The notes beneath the pieces are model-generated. The model searched no databases. It was not told where the DNA came from and saw only the letters and a list, made by a program, of their open reading frames with translations. Positions 30,631-40,141 of a stretch of 64,000 nucleotides of DNA are shown piece after piece. Position 1 is the stretch's first letter. The number at the start of each line of letters is the position of its first letter. The translations under genes and the position numbers were made by a program. Source of the stretch: Candidatus Buchananbacteria bacterium (GTDB taxonomy: Bacteria; Patescibacteriota; Patescibacteriia; 2-01-FULL-39-33); NCBI GenBank assembly GCA_903888345.1, contig CAISTG010000061.1, forward strand, positions 18,512 to 82,511, read 5' to 3'.

Positions 30631-30966
30631 ATGTTAATACAATTCATTCTTGTACTCATTATCGCTGTCATCATTTGGCGGCAGGCAGTCAGATTAAAAA
30701 ACAAAGAACTCACGGTTAAGCAATTTGCTGGTTGGTTAGTAATTTGGTTGGCGGGTTTAATTATTGTCATCTGGCCTAATTCGACTGCTTGGTTGGCGGG
30801 AATTGTCGGCGTCGGTCGCGGTTCTGATTTAGTAATTTATTTGTCAGTAATTTTTATAATTTATTTTTTGTTCCGCATTTTATTACGTATCGAGAAGATC
30901 GAAAAGAATTTAACTAAGTTGACGCGTGAGGACGCCATTAAGACTTATGATTCCAGTGCCAAATAA
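30631..30966 (+). CDS. DUF2304 membrane protein
   Basis: Three TM segments, GVGRGSD motif, typical partner downstream of a DPM-like GT2. Confidence 0.8.
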   Translation: MLIQFILVLIIAVIIWRQAVRLKNKELTVKQFAGWLVIWLAGLIIVIWPNSTAWLAGIVGVGRGSDLVIYLSVIFIIYFLFRILLRIEKIEKNLTKLTREDAIKTYDSSAK

Positions 30967-32002
30967 AAAAGTCGCCTTAGCGATTGTCAGCTATAACTCT
31001 TCCGACAAGTTAAAGGATTGTTTGGCGTCTTTAGTGTCTCAGAATTATCCAATCGAACTGGTAGATTATATTTTGGTTGATAATGACTCTCAGGATGATA
31101 GTGTGGCTATCGTTGAGGCCAGCGAACTGAGTTTTAAAATTATTAGAAATGAAATTAACACAGGCTTTGCTGGTGCTAATAATCAGGCCTTTGAATTGGC
31201 ACGCGAATTAGGAGCTGATTATTTAGTTTTGCTTAATGACGATACGATTGTGACACCGGATTGGCTAAATCATTTAATTGTTACGGCCGAAAGTTCACCG
31301 CATGTTGCTGCGGTTCAAGCCAAATTAATGCTTTATCCCGAAAAAGAGCTAATCAATAGCTTTGGCAATGCCTTAACGTTTTTGGGGTTTGGCTATTGTA
31401 ATTGTTATCGCGAACCTGATCGCCCCAATATTGCTCCTTTTGAAGTGGCCTATCCATCAGGCGCTGCCGTCGCTATTAAAATGTCGGCATTACAGAAAAC
31501 GGGTTTATTTGACGTTAAGTTTTTCATGTATCACGAGGATGTGGATTTGGGCTGGCGCTTAAGATTGGCCGGTTATCAAGTTTTGCTGGAGCCGCAAGCC
31601 GTAGTTTTTCATAAATATAGTTTTGCCAAAGCTGACTACAAGTATTATCACATGGATCGCAATCGGTTGTTAGTGTATTTCAAGAATTATAGTTTTTGGA
31701 CTTTGTTGTTGTTGATGCCCGCCTTCAAAGTGATGGAATTAGGAATTTGTTTTTTTGCTTGGCGCAGTGGTTGGTTGAAACATAAATTTTCTGGTTATTG
31801 GTGGCTACTAAAGCATTGGCGCTATATTTTAAGTGAACGAAAGAAAATTAAGCAGTTGCGCGTAGTAAGTGATAGAGAAATTTTAAGATTGCTAGTGGCA
31901 GAAATAAATTTTCAGGAAGTTAATAATCCATTGCTAACCAAAATTGTTAATCCGATAATGAAAATATATTTAGCAGTTTGTAAGCAGATTATTTTTTGGT
32001 AA
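30947..32002 (+). CDS. GT2 glycosyltransferase (rhamnosyltransferase-like)
   Basis: VDNDSQD, NTGFAGANN, LLNDD, FMYHEDVDLGWR. Confidence 0.88.
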   Translation: MIPVPNKKVALAIVSYNSSDKLKDCLASLVSQNYPIELVDYILVDNDSQDDSVAIVEASELSFKIIRNEINTGFAGANNQAFELARELGADYLVLLNDDTIVTPDWLNHLIVTAESSPHVAAVQAKLMLYPEKELINSFGNALTFLGFGYCNCYREPDRPNIAPFEVAYPSGAAVAIKMSALQKTGLFDVKFFMYHEDVDLGWRLRLAGYQVLLEPQAVVFHKYSFAKADYKYYHMDRNRLLVYFKNYSFWTLLLLMPAFKVMELGICFFAWRSGWLKHKFSGYWWLLKHWRYILSERKKIKQLRVVSDREILRLLVAEINFQEVNNPLLTKIVNPIMKIYLAVCKQIIFW

Positions 32003-32047
32003 AGTTTCGGCGCGTTGTTTTTTTAGAAAGAATCTAAACAAAATCAT

Positions 32048-32521
32048 ATGTTGAATATCGTCATTATTGCGGTGGGGAAGTTGAAAGAGAATTTTTATCG
32101 TGAGGCTTTTAATGAATACCTGAAACGCTTGTCGCCTTATGCTCGCATCAAGGTAGAGGAGTTAAAGGCTGAGCCGTTTAAGGTTGAGAGCGATAAATTA
32201 AAAAGCAAGGCCGCTGAAGCAGAAAGAATTCTGAAGTTGCTGGATGTTTATGCCGAGTCAGAAATATTTATTTTAGATGAGCGTGGTGAAGAGTCAACCT
32301 CAGTAGAACTCTCAGCAGTTTTTAAAAAACATCAATCGCGAAAGATTGTGTTTGTGGTCGGTGGCACCCTAGGTTTAGCTGAAGAAATCTTGAAAAATAA
32401 AAAGTATCATTTCTTGGCTTTGTCAAAAATGACTCTACCGCATGAGTTGGTTCGAGTGGTGTTAGGAGAGCAGATCTATCGAGCCGTTTGTATTAGTTTG
32501 GGTAAGGAATATCACTATTAA
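32048..32521 (+). CDS. rlmH: 23S rRNA pseudouridine-1915 N3-methyltransferase
   Basis: IAVGKLKE, EYLKRL, LDERG, FVVGG, LSKMTLPHELVRVVLGEQIYRA, YH. Confidence 0.95.
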   Translation: MLNIVIIAVGKLKENFYREAFNEYLKRLSPYARIKVEELKAEPFKVESDKLKSKAAEAERILKLLDVYAESEIFILDERGEESTSVELSAVFKKHQSRKIVFVVGGTLGLAEEILKNKKYHFLALSKMTLPHELVRVVLGEQIYRAVCISLGKEYHY

Positions 32522-32685
32522 ATTGCCCCTTAGAAGGTACTCCTAGGGCTCTAGAACCTTGCTAGCAGCGCTTCACGATGACTCCTGCCTAAACATTGCT
32601 TTTTACCCAAAAATGCCTTATTATATAATTACTTAAAAATCAATAATTTTAGTCAAAAATGGCTAAAATTGGGAGGAATAAATTT

Positions 32686-33462
32686 ATGGAAGACAACGTT
32701 TTACCAAAGCGAAGAAATGGCATTATTAAAGCCATTGTGGCAGTGATTTTAATTTTAGTTTTGGGTGGTATTGCTACCGTTTCGATTCTGCGCGATCGGA
32801 TCGTTAATTATCCACAGTACCAGGTTTCCGTTATCGGTCAGGGTAAGGTCAGTTATCAGCCAGACCTAGCCACCATTACTTTGGGCGTACAAATTGATAA
32901 AGTAGCGAAAGCTGATGAGGCGTTAAGTCAACTAAATACTCGGATTACTAGTATTGTGGCAGCAGTCAAAGCCCAAGGAATTGCTCCTGAAGATATTGTG
33001 ACGCAAAATTATTCGTTGTATCCGCAGTATGATTATAAAGATAATATCTCTACGGTTTCGGGTTACAATGCTAATCAACAGATTTCCATTAAAGTTAGAG
33101 ACCTGAAAAATAATCCGGATAAAATTAGTCAGGTTTTAGTTGAAGCTTCTAAAGCGGGCATCAATCAGGTCCTGGGAATTAATTTCGATATTTCTAATTT
33201 GGAAGAATTAAAACAAGAAGCGAGACTCAAGGCCATGAACGATGCTAAAATCAAAGCTGTTGATATGGCTGGAGCGGCGGGAGTTAAGTTGGGTGACATC
33301 GTTGGTTGGTGGGAAAATGTCGTGCAAGCACCCGGAACGCAAATCGCTGCCTATGATTCTGGTAAAGGTGGTGCTGGTGGAGCTAGTTATGTGCCATCAA
33401 CCATACCATCGGGAAATCAAGAAATTATTATCGAGATGAATGTCTCTTACAGATTAAATTAA
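32686..33462 (+). CDS. SIMPL (DUF541) domain protein
   Basis: N-terminal TM, G.GKV…PD.A, YSLYPQYDY, A..DAK.KA; GGAGG SD upstream of ATG 32686. Confidence 0.85.
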   Translation: MEDNVLPKRRNGIIKAIVAVILILVLGGIATVSILRDRIVNYPQYQVSVIGQGKVSYQPDLATITLGVQIDKVAKADEALSQLNTRITSIVAAVKAQGIAPEDIVTQNYSLYPQYDYKDNISTVSGYNANQQISIKVRDLKNNPDKISQVLVEASKAGINQVLGINFDISNLEELKQEARLKAMNDAKIKAVDMAGAAGVKLGDIVGWWENVVQAPGTQIAAYDSGKGGAGGASYVPSTIPSGNQEIIIEMNVSYRLN

Positions 33463-33495
33463 GCTTACTTCGGCGGAGATTACTCTCCGCCTTTC

Positions 33496-33566
33496 GGGCC
33501 TATGGTCTAGTGGTATGACACGGCATTCGCATTGCCGGAACGGCGGTCCGATTCCGCCTAGGTCCA
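33496..33566 (+). tRNA. tRNA-Ala(CGC)
   Basis: Acceptor GGGCCTA/TAGGTCC with G3:U70; anticodon arm CGGCA-TTCGCAT-TGCCG; T arm GGCGG-TCCGATT-CCGCC; no encoded CCA. Confidence 0.9.
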
Positions 33567-33591
33567 AAAAAGCATGGCCAATAATTAAATT

Positions 33592-33990
33592 ATGAAACTT
33601 TTTGTCACTGCCACTTTCAAAAGTGGAGAGAATAAACAAGAAATTGAACACCTGTGTGCGTTGGTTAAGCGGGCCGGTTTTGAAGATTTTTGTTTTATTC
33701 GCGATGTTGAGAATTATCAAAAAGTATTTGATGATCCGCAAAAGTTAATGCAACGAGCGTTAGATGAAATTGAAAAATCTGATGCATTATTGATCGATAT
33801 GACCAGTAAACCGACTGGTAGAGCAGTAGAAGCGGGTATGGCTTATGCTTTAAGTAAGAAAATTTTAGTTATAGCGGAAAAGGGAACACGAATCAAAGAT
33901 ACAACTAAAGGAATTGCTGATGTAGTGATAGAATATAGTATCATTGATGATATCGTTGCGCCCTTGAGTGAGTGGTTGGCAAAAAATTAA
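33592..33990 (+). CDS. Nucleoside 2-deoxyribosyltransferase / N-glycosidase-family protein
   Basis: EIEKSDALL, TGRAVEAGMAYALSK. Confidence 0.75.
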   Translation: MKLFVTATFKSGENKQEIEHLCALVKRAGFEDFCFIRDVENYQKVFDDPQKLMQRALDEIEKSDALLIDMTSKPTGRAVEAGMAYALSKKILVIAEKGTRIKDTTKGIADVVIEYSIIDDIVAPLSEWLAKN

Positions 33991-34026
33991 CCGTATTTTT
34001 TATTTAATTTTTGAAGCAGTAAATCG

Positions 34027-34100
34027 GGACACATAGCTCAGCTGGTTAGAGCGCGCCGTTCACATCGGCGAGGTCGTAGGTTCGAATCCTATTGTGTCCA
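34027..34100 (+). tRNA. tRNA-Val(CAC)
   Basis: Acceptor GGACACA/TGTGTCC; D arm TAGCTCAGCTGGTTAGAGC; anticodon arm CGCCG-TTCACAT-CGGCG; GGTTCGAATCC. Confidence 0.95.
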
Positions 34101-34104
34101 CATT

Positions 34105-34854
34105 ATGTCAAATTTACTTTGGTCATTACTAGCGGTAGCGCTTACTAGCTTGGTTTCTTTTTCGGGAGCCTTGGTTTTAGTCTTGAGCGATCGCTGGCTT
34201 AAAAGGTCTTTAATTTACTTTGTTTCTTTTGCCGCGGGCTCGATGATGGGTGCCGCCTTTTTTCATTTGTTGCCGGAAGCATTAAGTTCACCGGTTTATA
34301 ACTTGGCAATCTTTGCTTGGCTACTCTTTGGCTTTTGTTGTTTCTTTGTGATGGAGAAATTCTTGCGCTGGCGCCATTGTCATGAAGAGGGGTGCCAAGA
34401 GCATGAACATCTAAGTTGGATGAATATCTTTGGTAATAGTTTTCACAACATGACTGATGGCATGATTATCTTCGCTTCTTTTTATGCGGGTGGTCCGGTT
34501 CTGGGAATTCCCGTTACCTTGTCAATAATTTTGCATGAAGTGCCGCAAGAGTTAGGGGATTTTTCAATTCTGATTTATGCCGGCTTTAGCAAGTATAAGG
34601 CTCTATGGTATAATTTTCTTTCCGCCTTACCGGCATTCTTGGGCGTACTTATTGGATTGATTGCTATTAATTTTGATGCGAGATTTGATGTATTCTTGCT
34701 GCCTTTTGCGGCTGGAGGATTTCTGTATATTGCTGCCTCAGACTTGGTACCAGAATTACATAAAGATGAGCATCAGAAATCAGCTGTGGGAACTTTCTTA
34801 GTTTTTATCATCGCGTTAGTCTTTATGTATTTTGTTAAAGTTTTATTTGAATAA
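34105..34854 (+). CDS. ZIP-family metal transporter
   Basis: FAAGSMMG, HLLPEA, His-rich loop, HNMTDG, HEVPQELGD, SDLVPE. Confidence 0.9.
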   Translation: MSNLLWSLLAVALTSLVSFSGALVLVLSDRWLKRSLIYFVSFAAGSMMGAAFFHLLPEALSSPVYNLAIFAWLLFGFCCFFVMEKFLRWRHCHEEGCQEHEHLSWMNIFGNSFHNMTDGMIIFASFYAGGPVLGIPVTLSIILHEVPQELGDFSILIYAGFSKYKALWYNFLSALPAFLGVLIGLIAINFDARFDVFLLPFAAGGFLYIAASDLVPELHKDEHQKSAVGTFLVFIIALVFMYFVKVLFE

Positions 34855-34887
34855 TAAATTTAAAAATTAATAATCAGTTTATATATT

Positions 34888-35955
34888 ATGAAAAAGTTTT
34901 TATATCTGTTAGTTTCGTTGTTGGTGTTATGGCCCGCCCTAGCTTGGGCACAGTATTCTCCGGTCAGTAATGATCAAAATATTTTTTATTATTCTTCGAC
35001 CTGCGTTCATTGTCGCAAGGTAGAAGCTTTCTTTAAGGATTATGGTGTAGTAGAAAAATATAATATTATCAGTAAGGAAATTTCTCAGAATCCGACCAAT
35101 GCCAAAGAGTTATATGATTTGATGGTGTCACGTAATGTCGCTCCTAGCGATATTGGAGTGCCGTATCTTAATTTTGAAGGTCAGGGTTATTCGGGCGATG
35201 TGGATATTATTGCTTTCTTTAGTGAGAAGATGGGGATTACTTCCAGCACGCCGAAATTGACAACAAAATCGACAACCGGCCCACATCAACTAACGTTGTG
35301 GGCAGTCACCGTAGCCGCTTTAGCTGACTCGATTAATCCTTGCGCTTTCTCAGTTATTATTTTCTTAATGCTATCACTACTCGCGGTCGGTAATAAAAAA
35401 CGCGCTCTTAAAATAGGTCTAGTTTATATCGTAACGGTATATATTGTTTACTTGTTAGCCGGCTTGGGATTATTAGCCGCCTTGCAACAATTTGGGGCGA
35501 TCAGTAAATATATTATGTATGGAGCTGGCGCTTTGGCGATTATTGCTGGGCTCATAAATATTAAGGATTTCTTTTGGTATGGCAAGGGCTTTTCATTGGC
35601 TATTCCTGATGACAAAAAGCCGATCATGGAGAAGTATATTAAGTATGGCTCGGTGCCAGCAGCGATTATTTTGGGTTTCTTGGTAGCGTTATTCGAGTTG
35701 CCTTGCACTGGTGGTTTTTATTTAGCGATTCTGGCTTTACTGGCGCAAGAGACTTCATTTTGGAATGGCTTTGGCTATTTGGTATTTTATAATATTATTT
35801 TCGTTTTGCCATTATTTATTATTTTGATAATTATTTATAAAGGCGTTGATCCAAAGAAATTAGAAAAATTAAGAACCGCTAAACGTAAGTGGTTAAGACT
35901 GGTAATGGGATTGGTGCTAGTAGCACTGGGGTTGAGTTTAGTATTTTTATTTTAA
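34888..35955 (+). CDS. Glutaredoxin-like + CcdA/DsbD transmembrane domain fusion
   Basis: Signal peptide, CVHC, GVP, then DSINPCAF and FELPCTG in the TM domain. Confidence 0.82.
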   Translation: MKKFLYLLVSLLVLWPALAWAQYSPVSNDQNIFYYSSTCVHCRKVEAFFKDYGVVEKYNIISKEISQNPTNAKELYDLMVSRNVAPSDIGVPYLNFEGQGYSGDVDIIAFFSEKMGITSSTPKLTTKSTTGPHQLTLWAVTVAALADSINPCAFSVIIFLMLSLLAVGNKKRALKIGLVYIVTVYIVYLLAGLGLLAALQQFGAISKYIMYGAGALAIIAGLINIKDFFWYGKGFSLAIPDDKKPIMEKYIKYGSVPAAIILGFLVALFELPCTGGFYLAILALLAQETSFWNGFGYLVFYNIIFVLPLFIILIIIYKGVDPKKLEKLRTAKRKWLRLVMGLVLVALGLSLVFLF

Positions 35956-35958
35956 ACT

Positions 35959-36696
35959 ATGTCATTTTTAGATAAGATTTTAAAATCATCAGGCAACACT
36001 CTGTATTATCCGGGTTGTTTAACTAAATTTGTGGCCAAAGATGTTTTGGCCAATTATAAACAGCTACTCGAAATGTGTGGCGAAGATTTTGTGATGCTTG
36101 AAGACCGTGAAGTTTGCTGCGGCAGTCCAGTATTAAACGCTGGCTATCCGGAAGATTTTAAAAATTTAGCCGCCAAAAATTTACAGATTTTTAAAGAGTA
36201 TAATATCAAGCGCATTGTTACAGGTTGTCCTTCGTGTTTTGAAATGCTCAGCCATACTTATCGCGATACTTTAGGTAGTGAGTGGCAGATTGAAGTTGAG
36301 CACATGACGACCTATTTGCTGCGACAACTGCGCGCTGGAAAATTAAAACTACCGCGCTTAGAAATTAAGGCGACTTATCATGACCCTTGTCACTTAGGTC
36401 GCTATAGTGGAATTTATGAAGAGCCGCGTGATTTATTGAAGGAGTTAGGGGTTGATTTACGAGAAATGGTCCTTAATCGTGAGAATGCTTTTTGTTGTGG
36501 TGCCGGTGGTGGCGTGCAATCCAATAATAAAGAATTGGCGGAAACAATTGCCAGTGAACGTGCCGACCAAGCACTAGCGACGGAGGCGGAATATTTAATT
36601 ACCCCTTGCCCGATGTGTACCTATAACTTGCGTAATGGCGCGAAAGATAAAATTAAAGTAGTAGAATTTTCTGAAGCCTTATTGGGTAAAATTTAA
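35959..36696 (+). CDS. CCG-domain Fe-S protein (LutA/GlpC-like)
   Basis: YYPGC, CCG, CPSC, YHDPCHLGR, CCGAGGG, CPMC. Confidence 0.88.
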   Translation: MSFLDKILKSSGNTLYYPGCLTKFVAKDVLANYKQLLEMCGEDFVMLEDREVCCGSPVLNAGYPEDFKNLAAKNLQIFKEYNIKRIVTGCPSCFEMLSHTYRDTLGSEWQIEVEHMTTYLLRQLRAGKLKLPRLEIKATYHDPCHLGRYSGIYEEPRDLLKELGVDLREMVLNRENAFCCGAGGGVQSNNKELAETIASERADQALATEAEYLITPCPMCTYNLRNGAKDKIKVVEFSEALLGKI

Positions 36697-36699
36697 TTT

Positions 36700-37857
36700 A
36701 TGAATAAAGATTTTGTATATAACTATCTAGCTAAACGCGAAGCGGCCTTACCAAAAGCGCAGCAAGATCTTTTGGCTGAGGAAATTTTTAAAATCAAAAA
36801 AGCGGCCAATAGTGATTTGCGTGGCTTGGTGACTGAAGCACAAAAAAATCTAACTAAAAATGGCGTTCAGGTTTTTGTCGTTAAAGATTTAGCCGCGGCC
36901 AGTCTTAAGATTAAGGAATTAATTGGTTCGGTTGGTGGAGTTGTTAAGGCTAAGTCCAATACTTTAGATAAATTGGGCTTGAAGGAAATGCTTAATGAAC
37001 GCTTAACAGAAACTGATTTAGGCGCCTATATTGTCTCAAAAATCGGCAAAGACAGCGATCATCCGGTTTTGCCATCAATCGATTTGACGGCTGAGGAGGT
37101 CGCCTTAGGGTTTAACGCCAAGACCGGAAGCGAGTACCCACGCACCGCTAAGGCCTTAGTGGATGTCTTGAAACAAGAGATTAAGTCAAAGATTCTAACT
37201 GCTGAAGTTGGGCTGACCGGCGCTAATGCGGTCATGGCCGATGGGCAGATTATGTTGCTTGAAAATGAAGGTAATATTTCTTTGATTACGCGTTTACCAA
37301 AAACTCACATAGCTGTTTGTGGTGTCGAGAAGGTGATTGCTAATGCTAATGAAGCAGTTAAAGTTGCCAAGGCGGCCGCAGTTTGGGGTACGGGGCAAAG
37401 CTTTCCGACCTATGTTAGTTTTATTTCCGGTCCATCGAAGACGGCAGATATCGAAAATGAATTAGTGACTGGTGTGCAAGGTGCACAAGAAGTTATTTTA
37501 ATATTAGTTGAGGGAGAAGTTTATGAGCGCTTAGGTACTGATACTGAGAGTATGAATTATTGTATTCATTGTGGCGCTTGTTATAATTTATGCCCCACTT
37601 GGAATGCCGGAGCGGGCATGCCAAAAGTTGGCCAGAGAGACTCTTCATTTAATTGCACACTATGTCAGAACTGCACTTACAATTGCCCAGTCAAAATTGA
37701 ATGGCAAAATATTGTCAGAATTTATCGTGACAGGTATAATAAAGATGGACAGGAGACCGAACATAATGCGCAGATGATTAAAAATATTAAACAGTTTGGC
37801 AATCCCTTTGGTGAAAATGTTGACGGTAAAACTCCTGATGAATTATTTTGTTGCTAA
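36700..37857 (+). CDS. LUD-domain protein with 2x[4Fe-4S] ferredoxin (LutB-like)
   Basis: ETDLG, TGAN, ENEGN, SGPSKTADIE, CIHCGACYNLCP, CTLCQNCTYNCP; ends in CC. Confidence 0.88.
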   Translation: MNKDFVYNYLAKREAALPKAQQDLLAEEIFKIKKAANSDLRGLVTEAQKNLTKNGVQVFVVKDLAAASLKIKELIGSVGGVVKAKSNTLDKLGLKEMLNERLTETDLGAYIVSKIGKDSDHPVLPSIDLTAEEVALGFNAKTGSEYPRTAKALVDVLKQEIKSKILTAEVGLTGANAVMADGQIMLLENEGNISLITRLPKTHIAVCGVEKVIANANEAVKVAKAAAVWGTGQSFPTYVSFISGPSKTADIENELVTGVQGAQEVILILVEGEVYERLGTDTESMNYCIHCGACYNLCPTWNAGAGMPKVGQRDSSFNCTLCQNCTYNCPVKIEWQNIVRIYRDRYNKDGQETEHNAQMIKNIKQFGNPFGENVDGKTPDELFCC

Positions 37858-37882
37858 TATCAAATTTATTTATATAAAACAT

Positions 37883-38854
37883 ATGAAAAAAATAATTAGA
37901 ATTTTTACTAGTGGGGCCAGTAAACTTGGTGGTGTTATGGGTCGGTTGCGTGATAAGATTTTCCGTCGACAAGCGGAAGCTACAAGACGTGAAAAAATTA
38001 AACAAGGACTGTTAGTTGGTTTGAGTATTGCTTTGATAGCCGTGATTGTTTTAGCAGTTGCCTGGTTTGTTTGGTCTAAAATAACCAGTAATGGTGAATT
38101 GCAACAGAAAATCGCTAATCCAGTGGCTGAGGCCAAGGTCTATATCGTTACTAGTGGTAGTTGCGGTAATAAATGTTGGGACACACAATTGTTTTTGGAT
38201 GCTTTGACTCAACGTAATATTAAAATTGTCTCCAGTAAAAAAGCTTATGTTGGTTGGTGGCCATTTAGTTTTGGTAATGCTTTGGTCAAGAAATATAAAA
38301 TCACTAAAGTGCCAACTGTTGTGGTTGAATTTACCGGCAATAATAAACCAGACATTACGAGTTTCTTTAATGCCAATTTGGGAACGGTCACCAACGGTGT
38401 CTTTGTACTTGGTAAAATTTTGGCGCCATATTACGATTTAACCGCCAAGAAAATTACTGGCTTAGTCAGTGTCACTTATTTAAGTGATAAGACTTGTACT
38501 GATTGTTATGATGTTACTAAACATGATGTGGCGTTAAAGAATTTAGGAGTTGATACTAGTGGCGCCAAAACTGTGGACATTAGCAGTACTGCGGGCAAGT
38601 CATTGATTAGTAAATATAATATCACTAAAATTCCAACCGTTTTAGTCTCGGGCGAGGTTAGTGAGTATCAAGTGCTGGCACAAGCTTGGGCAGATGTCGG
38701 TATTGTCGCAACTGATGGCACTTATATTTTCACTAATGTTGATTTAATGGACGGTTCTTATAAGGATTTGACGACCGGAAAAATTATTAAGACTGATCCA
38801 GCTAAAGCGGTTCCGGCAACTTCAGCCGTTCCTGTTACTCCCACAAAAAAATAA
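37883..38854 (+). CDS. Membrane-anchored protein with two thioredoxin-like domains
   Basis: One TM, then a repeated CxxC/CxxxC…KY.ITK.PT unit (CGNKC, CTDC). Confidence 0.65.
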   Translation: MKKIIRIFTSGASKLGGVMGRLRDKIFRRQAEATRREKIKQGLLVGLSIALIAVIVLAVAWFVWSKITSNGELQQKIANPVAEAKVYIVTSGSCGNKCWDTQLFLDALTQRNIKIVSSKKAYVGWWPFSFGNALVKKYKITKVPTVVVEFTGNNKPDITSFFNANLGTVTNGVFVLGKILAPYYDLTAKKITGLVSVTYLSDKTCTDCYDVTKHDVALKNLGVDTSGAKTVDISSTAGKSLISKYNITKIPTVLVSGEVSEYQVLAQAWADVGIVATDGTYIFTNVDLMDGSYKDLTTGKIIKTDPAKAVPATSAVPVTPTKK

Positions 38855-38868
38855 AAAATTATCTTTAT

Positions 38869-38900
38869 AAAAATCCCGCTCGGTCGAGCGGGATTTTTTT
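38869..38900. terminator. Bidirectional intrinsic terminator
   Basis: aaaaatcccgctcg-gt-cgagcgggattttt between convergent genes. Confidence 0.85.
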
Positions 38901-38907
38901 GATGTTG

Positions 38908-39549
38908 TTATTTTCCTTCTAATTCTAGCTTGAAAGCGGCCAGAAAGTCTTTCAAGAATGCGGTTCGTCTGGCGGCTATTTCTTTGGCGGTGTTGGTGTG
39001 CATGCGATCTCCAACTTTAAGTAAGCGTTCATAAAATAAGTCCAAAGCATTTTGGGAGGCGTCGGGCAGACGGGCTTCACAAAAAGGATCAGTTGAATTG
39101 TAAAATGGCCGTTTCATTTGGCCAGTAGAGGAGTAGGTTCGCATAATCGAAATAGCACCGGTTGCTTCTAGACCATCAGCGTCTTGTAGTATCTTTGACT
39201 CTAGTAACTCAGGCAGAATACCCTTACTGAAAGAGCACTCAATGATGCAAGTCTTAATAGCTTCAATTTTTTCTTTATTAAAATCATAGAGGTCATTTAG
39301 GATTTTTTCGGCCTCCGCAGCACTATCGGCTTGTGACTTAAACCTATCGGGGTGGTCTTTGGGATACACTATCAAATCGTGAAATAGTGCGGCTGGTATA
39401 ATTATTTCTAAATCACCACCCTCAAGACTGGCAATTCTTTCGGCGTTCGCCAGGACTCTAGCGGCATGTTCAAAATCATGAGAAACATCTTGACTAGAAA
39501 TCTTATCGCGAGCAATTTTTATTAGTTGATTTTTTAATTCACTGTCCAT
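38908..39549 (-). CDS. HD-domain phosphohydrolase
   Basis: SHDFEHAARV, AALFHD, LQDADGL; start MDSELK. Confidence 0.88.
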   Translation of the reverse strand: MDSELKNQLIKIARDKISSQDVSHDFEHAARVLANAERIASLEGGDLEIIIPAALFHDLIVYPKDHPDRFKSQADSAAEAEKILNDLYDFNKEKIEAIKTCIIECSFSKGILPELLESKILQDADGLEATGAISIMRTYSSTGQMKRPFYNSTDPFCEARLPDASQNALDLFYERLLKVGDRMHTNTAKEIAARRTAFLKDFLAAFKLELEGK

Positions 39550-39562
39550 AAGCCAGCTAATA

Positions 39563-40141
39563 TTAATTAAGAATCTTAATACCGAACTTTTTGAGTGTTT
39601 CTGATAATACAAATAGGGGTAGACCGACGACGTTGAAGAAGTCGCCGTCGATTTTCTTGATAATGACCGCACCCAGTTCTTGAATGCCGAAGGCGCCAGC
39701 CTTGTCCAGTGGCTCGCCAGTTTTAATGTAACCGGAAATTTCTTGATCGGATAGTTTTTTGATATAAACTTTTGTTTCGACAGCCTGAGAAATTTTTCTT
39801 CCGCTGCTAGTGTCGATAACTGTTAATCCCGAGATTACTGATACCGCTTTGCCGCTAATCTGCTTAAGCATTTTTTTTGCAGTTTCTTTGGTGTGTGGCT
39901 TGCCTAATAGTTTATCGTTAAGGGCGACAAAAGTGTCGGCGGCAATAATGATATGATTGGGATATTTTTTGACAACCGCCAGAGCTTTGCCAGTGGATAA
40001 TGTTTTCGCTAACTGTAATGGCTTTAGCTTGAGCGTCATGTCTTCTTCATAATCGCTGCTAACTGCAGTGAACTTAAGATTAAGTTTCTCCATTAACTCC
40101 TTGCGGCGAGGTGAGGTGGAGGCGAGAATTATTTGTTTCAT
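39563..40141 (-). CDS. maf: Maf nucleoside triphosphate pyrophosphatase
   Basis: ILASTSPRR, AADT, GKP, GEPLDKAGAFGIQ, NVVGLP. Confidence 0.95.
   Translation of the reverse strand: MKQIILASTSPRRKELMEKLNLKFTAVSSDYEEDMTLKLKPLQLAKTLSTGKALAVVKKYPNHIIIAADTFVALNDKLLGKPHTKETAKKMLKQISGKAVSVISGLTVIDTSSGRKISQAVETKVYIKKLSDQEISGYIKTGEPLDKAGAFGIQELGAVIIKKIDGDFFNVVGLPLFVLSETLKKFGIKILN

Noticed and set aside
32540-32565. Minus-strand AAGGTTCTAG resembling a preQ1-I riboswitch loop
   Set aside because: The closing stem is mismatched, there is no A-rich tail, and no queuosine-related gene lies downstream.
33454-33741. 95-aa minus-strand ORF
   Set aside because: Antisense to tRNA-Ala and the nucleoside deoxyribosyltransferase gene; spurious.
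33496-38900. tRNA-integrated prophage or ICE
   Set aside because: No integrase, no duplicated tRNA 3' end and no phage genes were found.
39550-39672. N-terminal extension of the HD protein ORF (track start 39672)
   Set aside because: Overlaps maf in another frame; the ATG at 39549 gives a normal HD protein.
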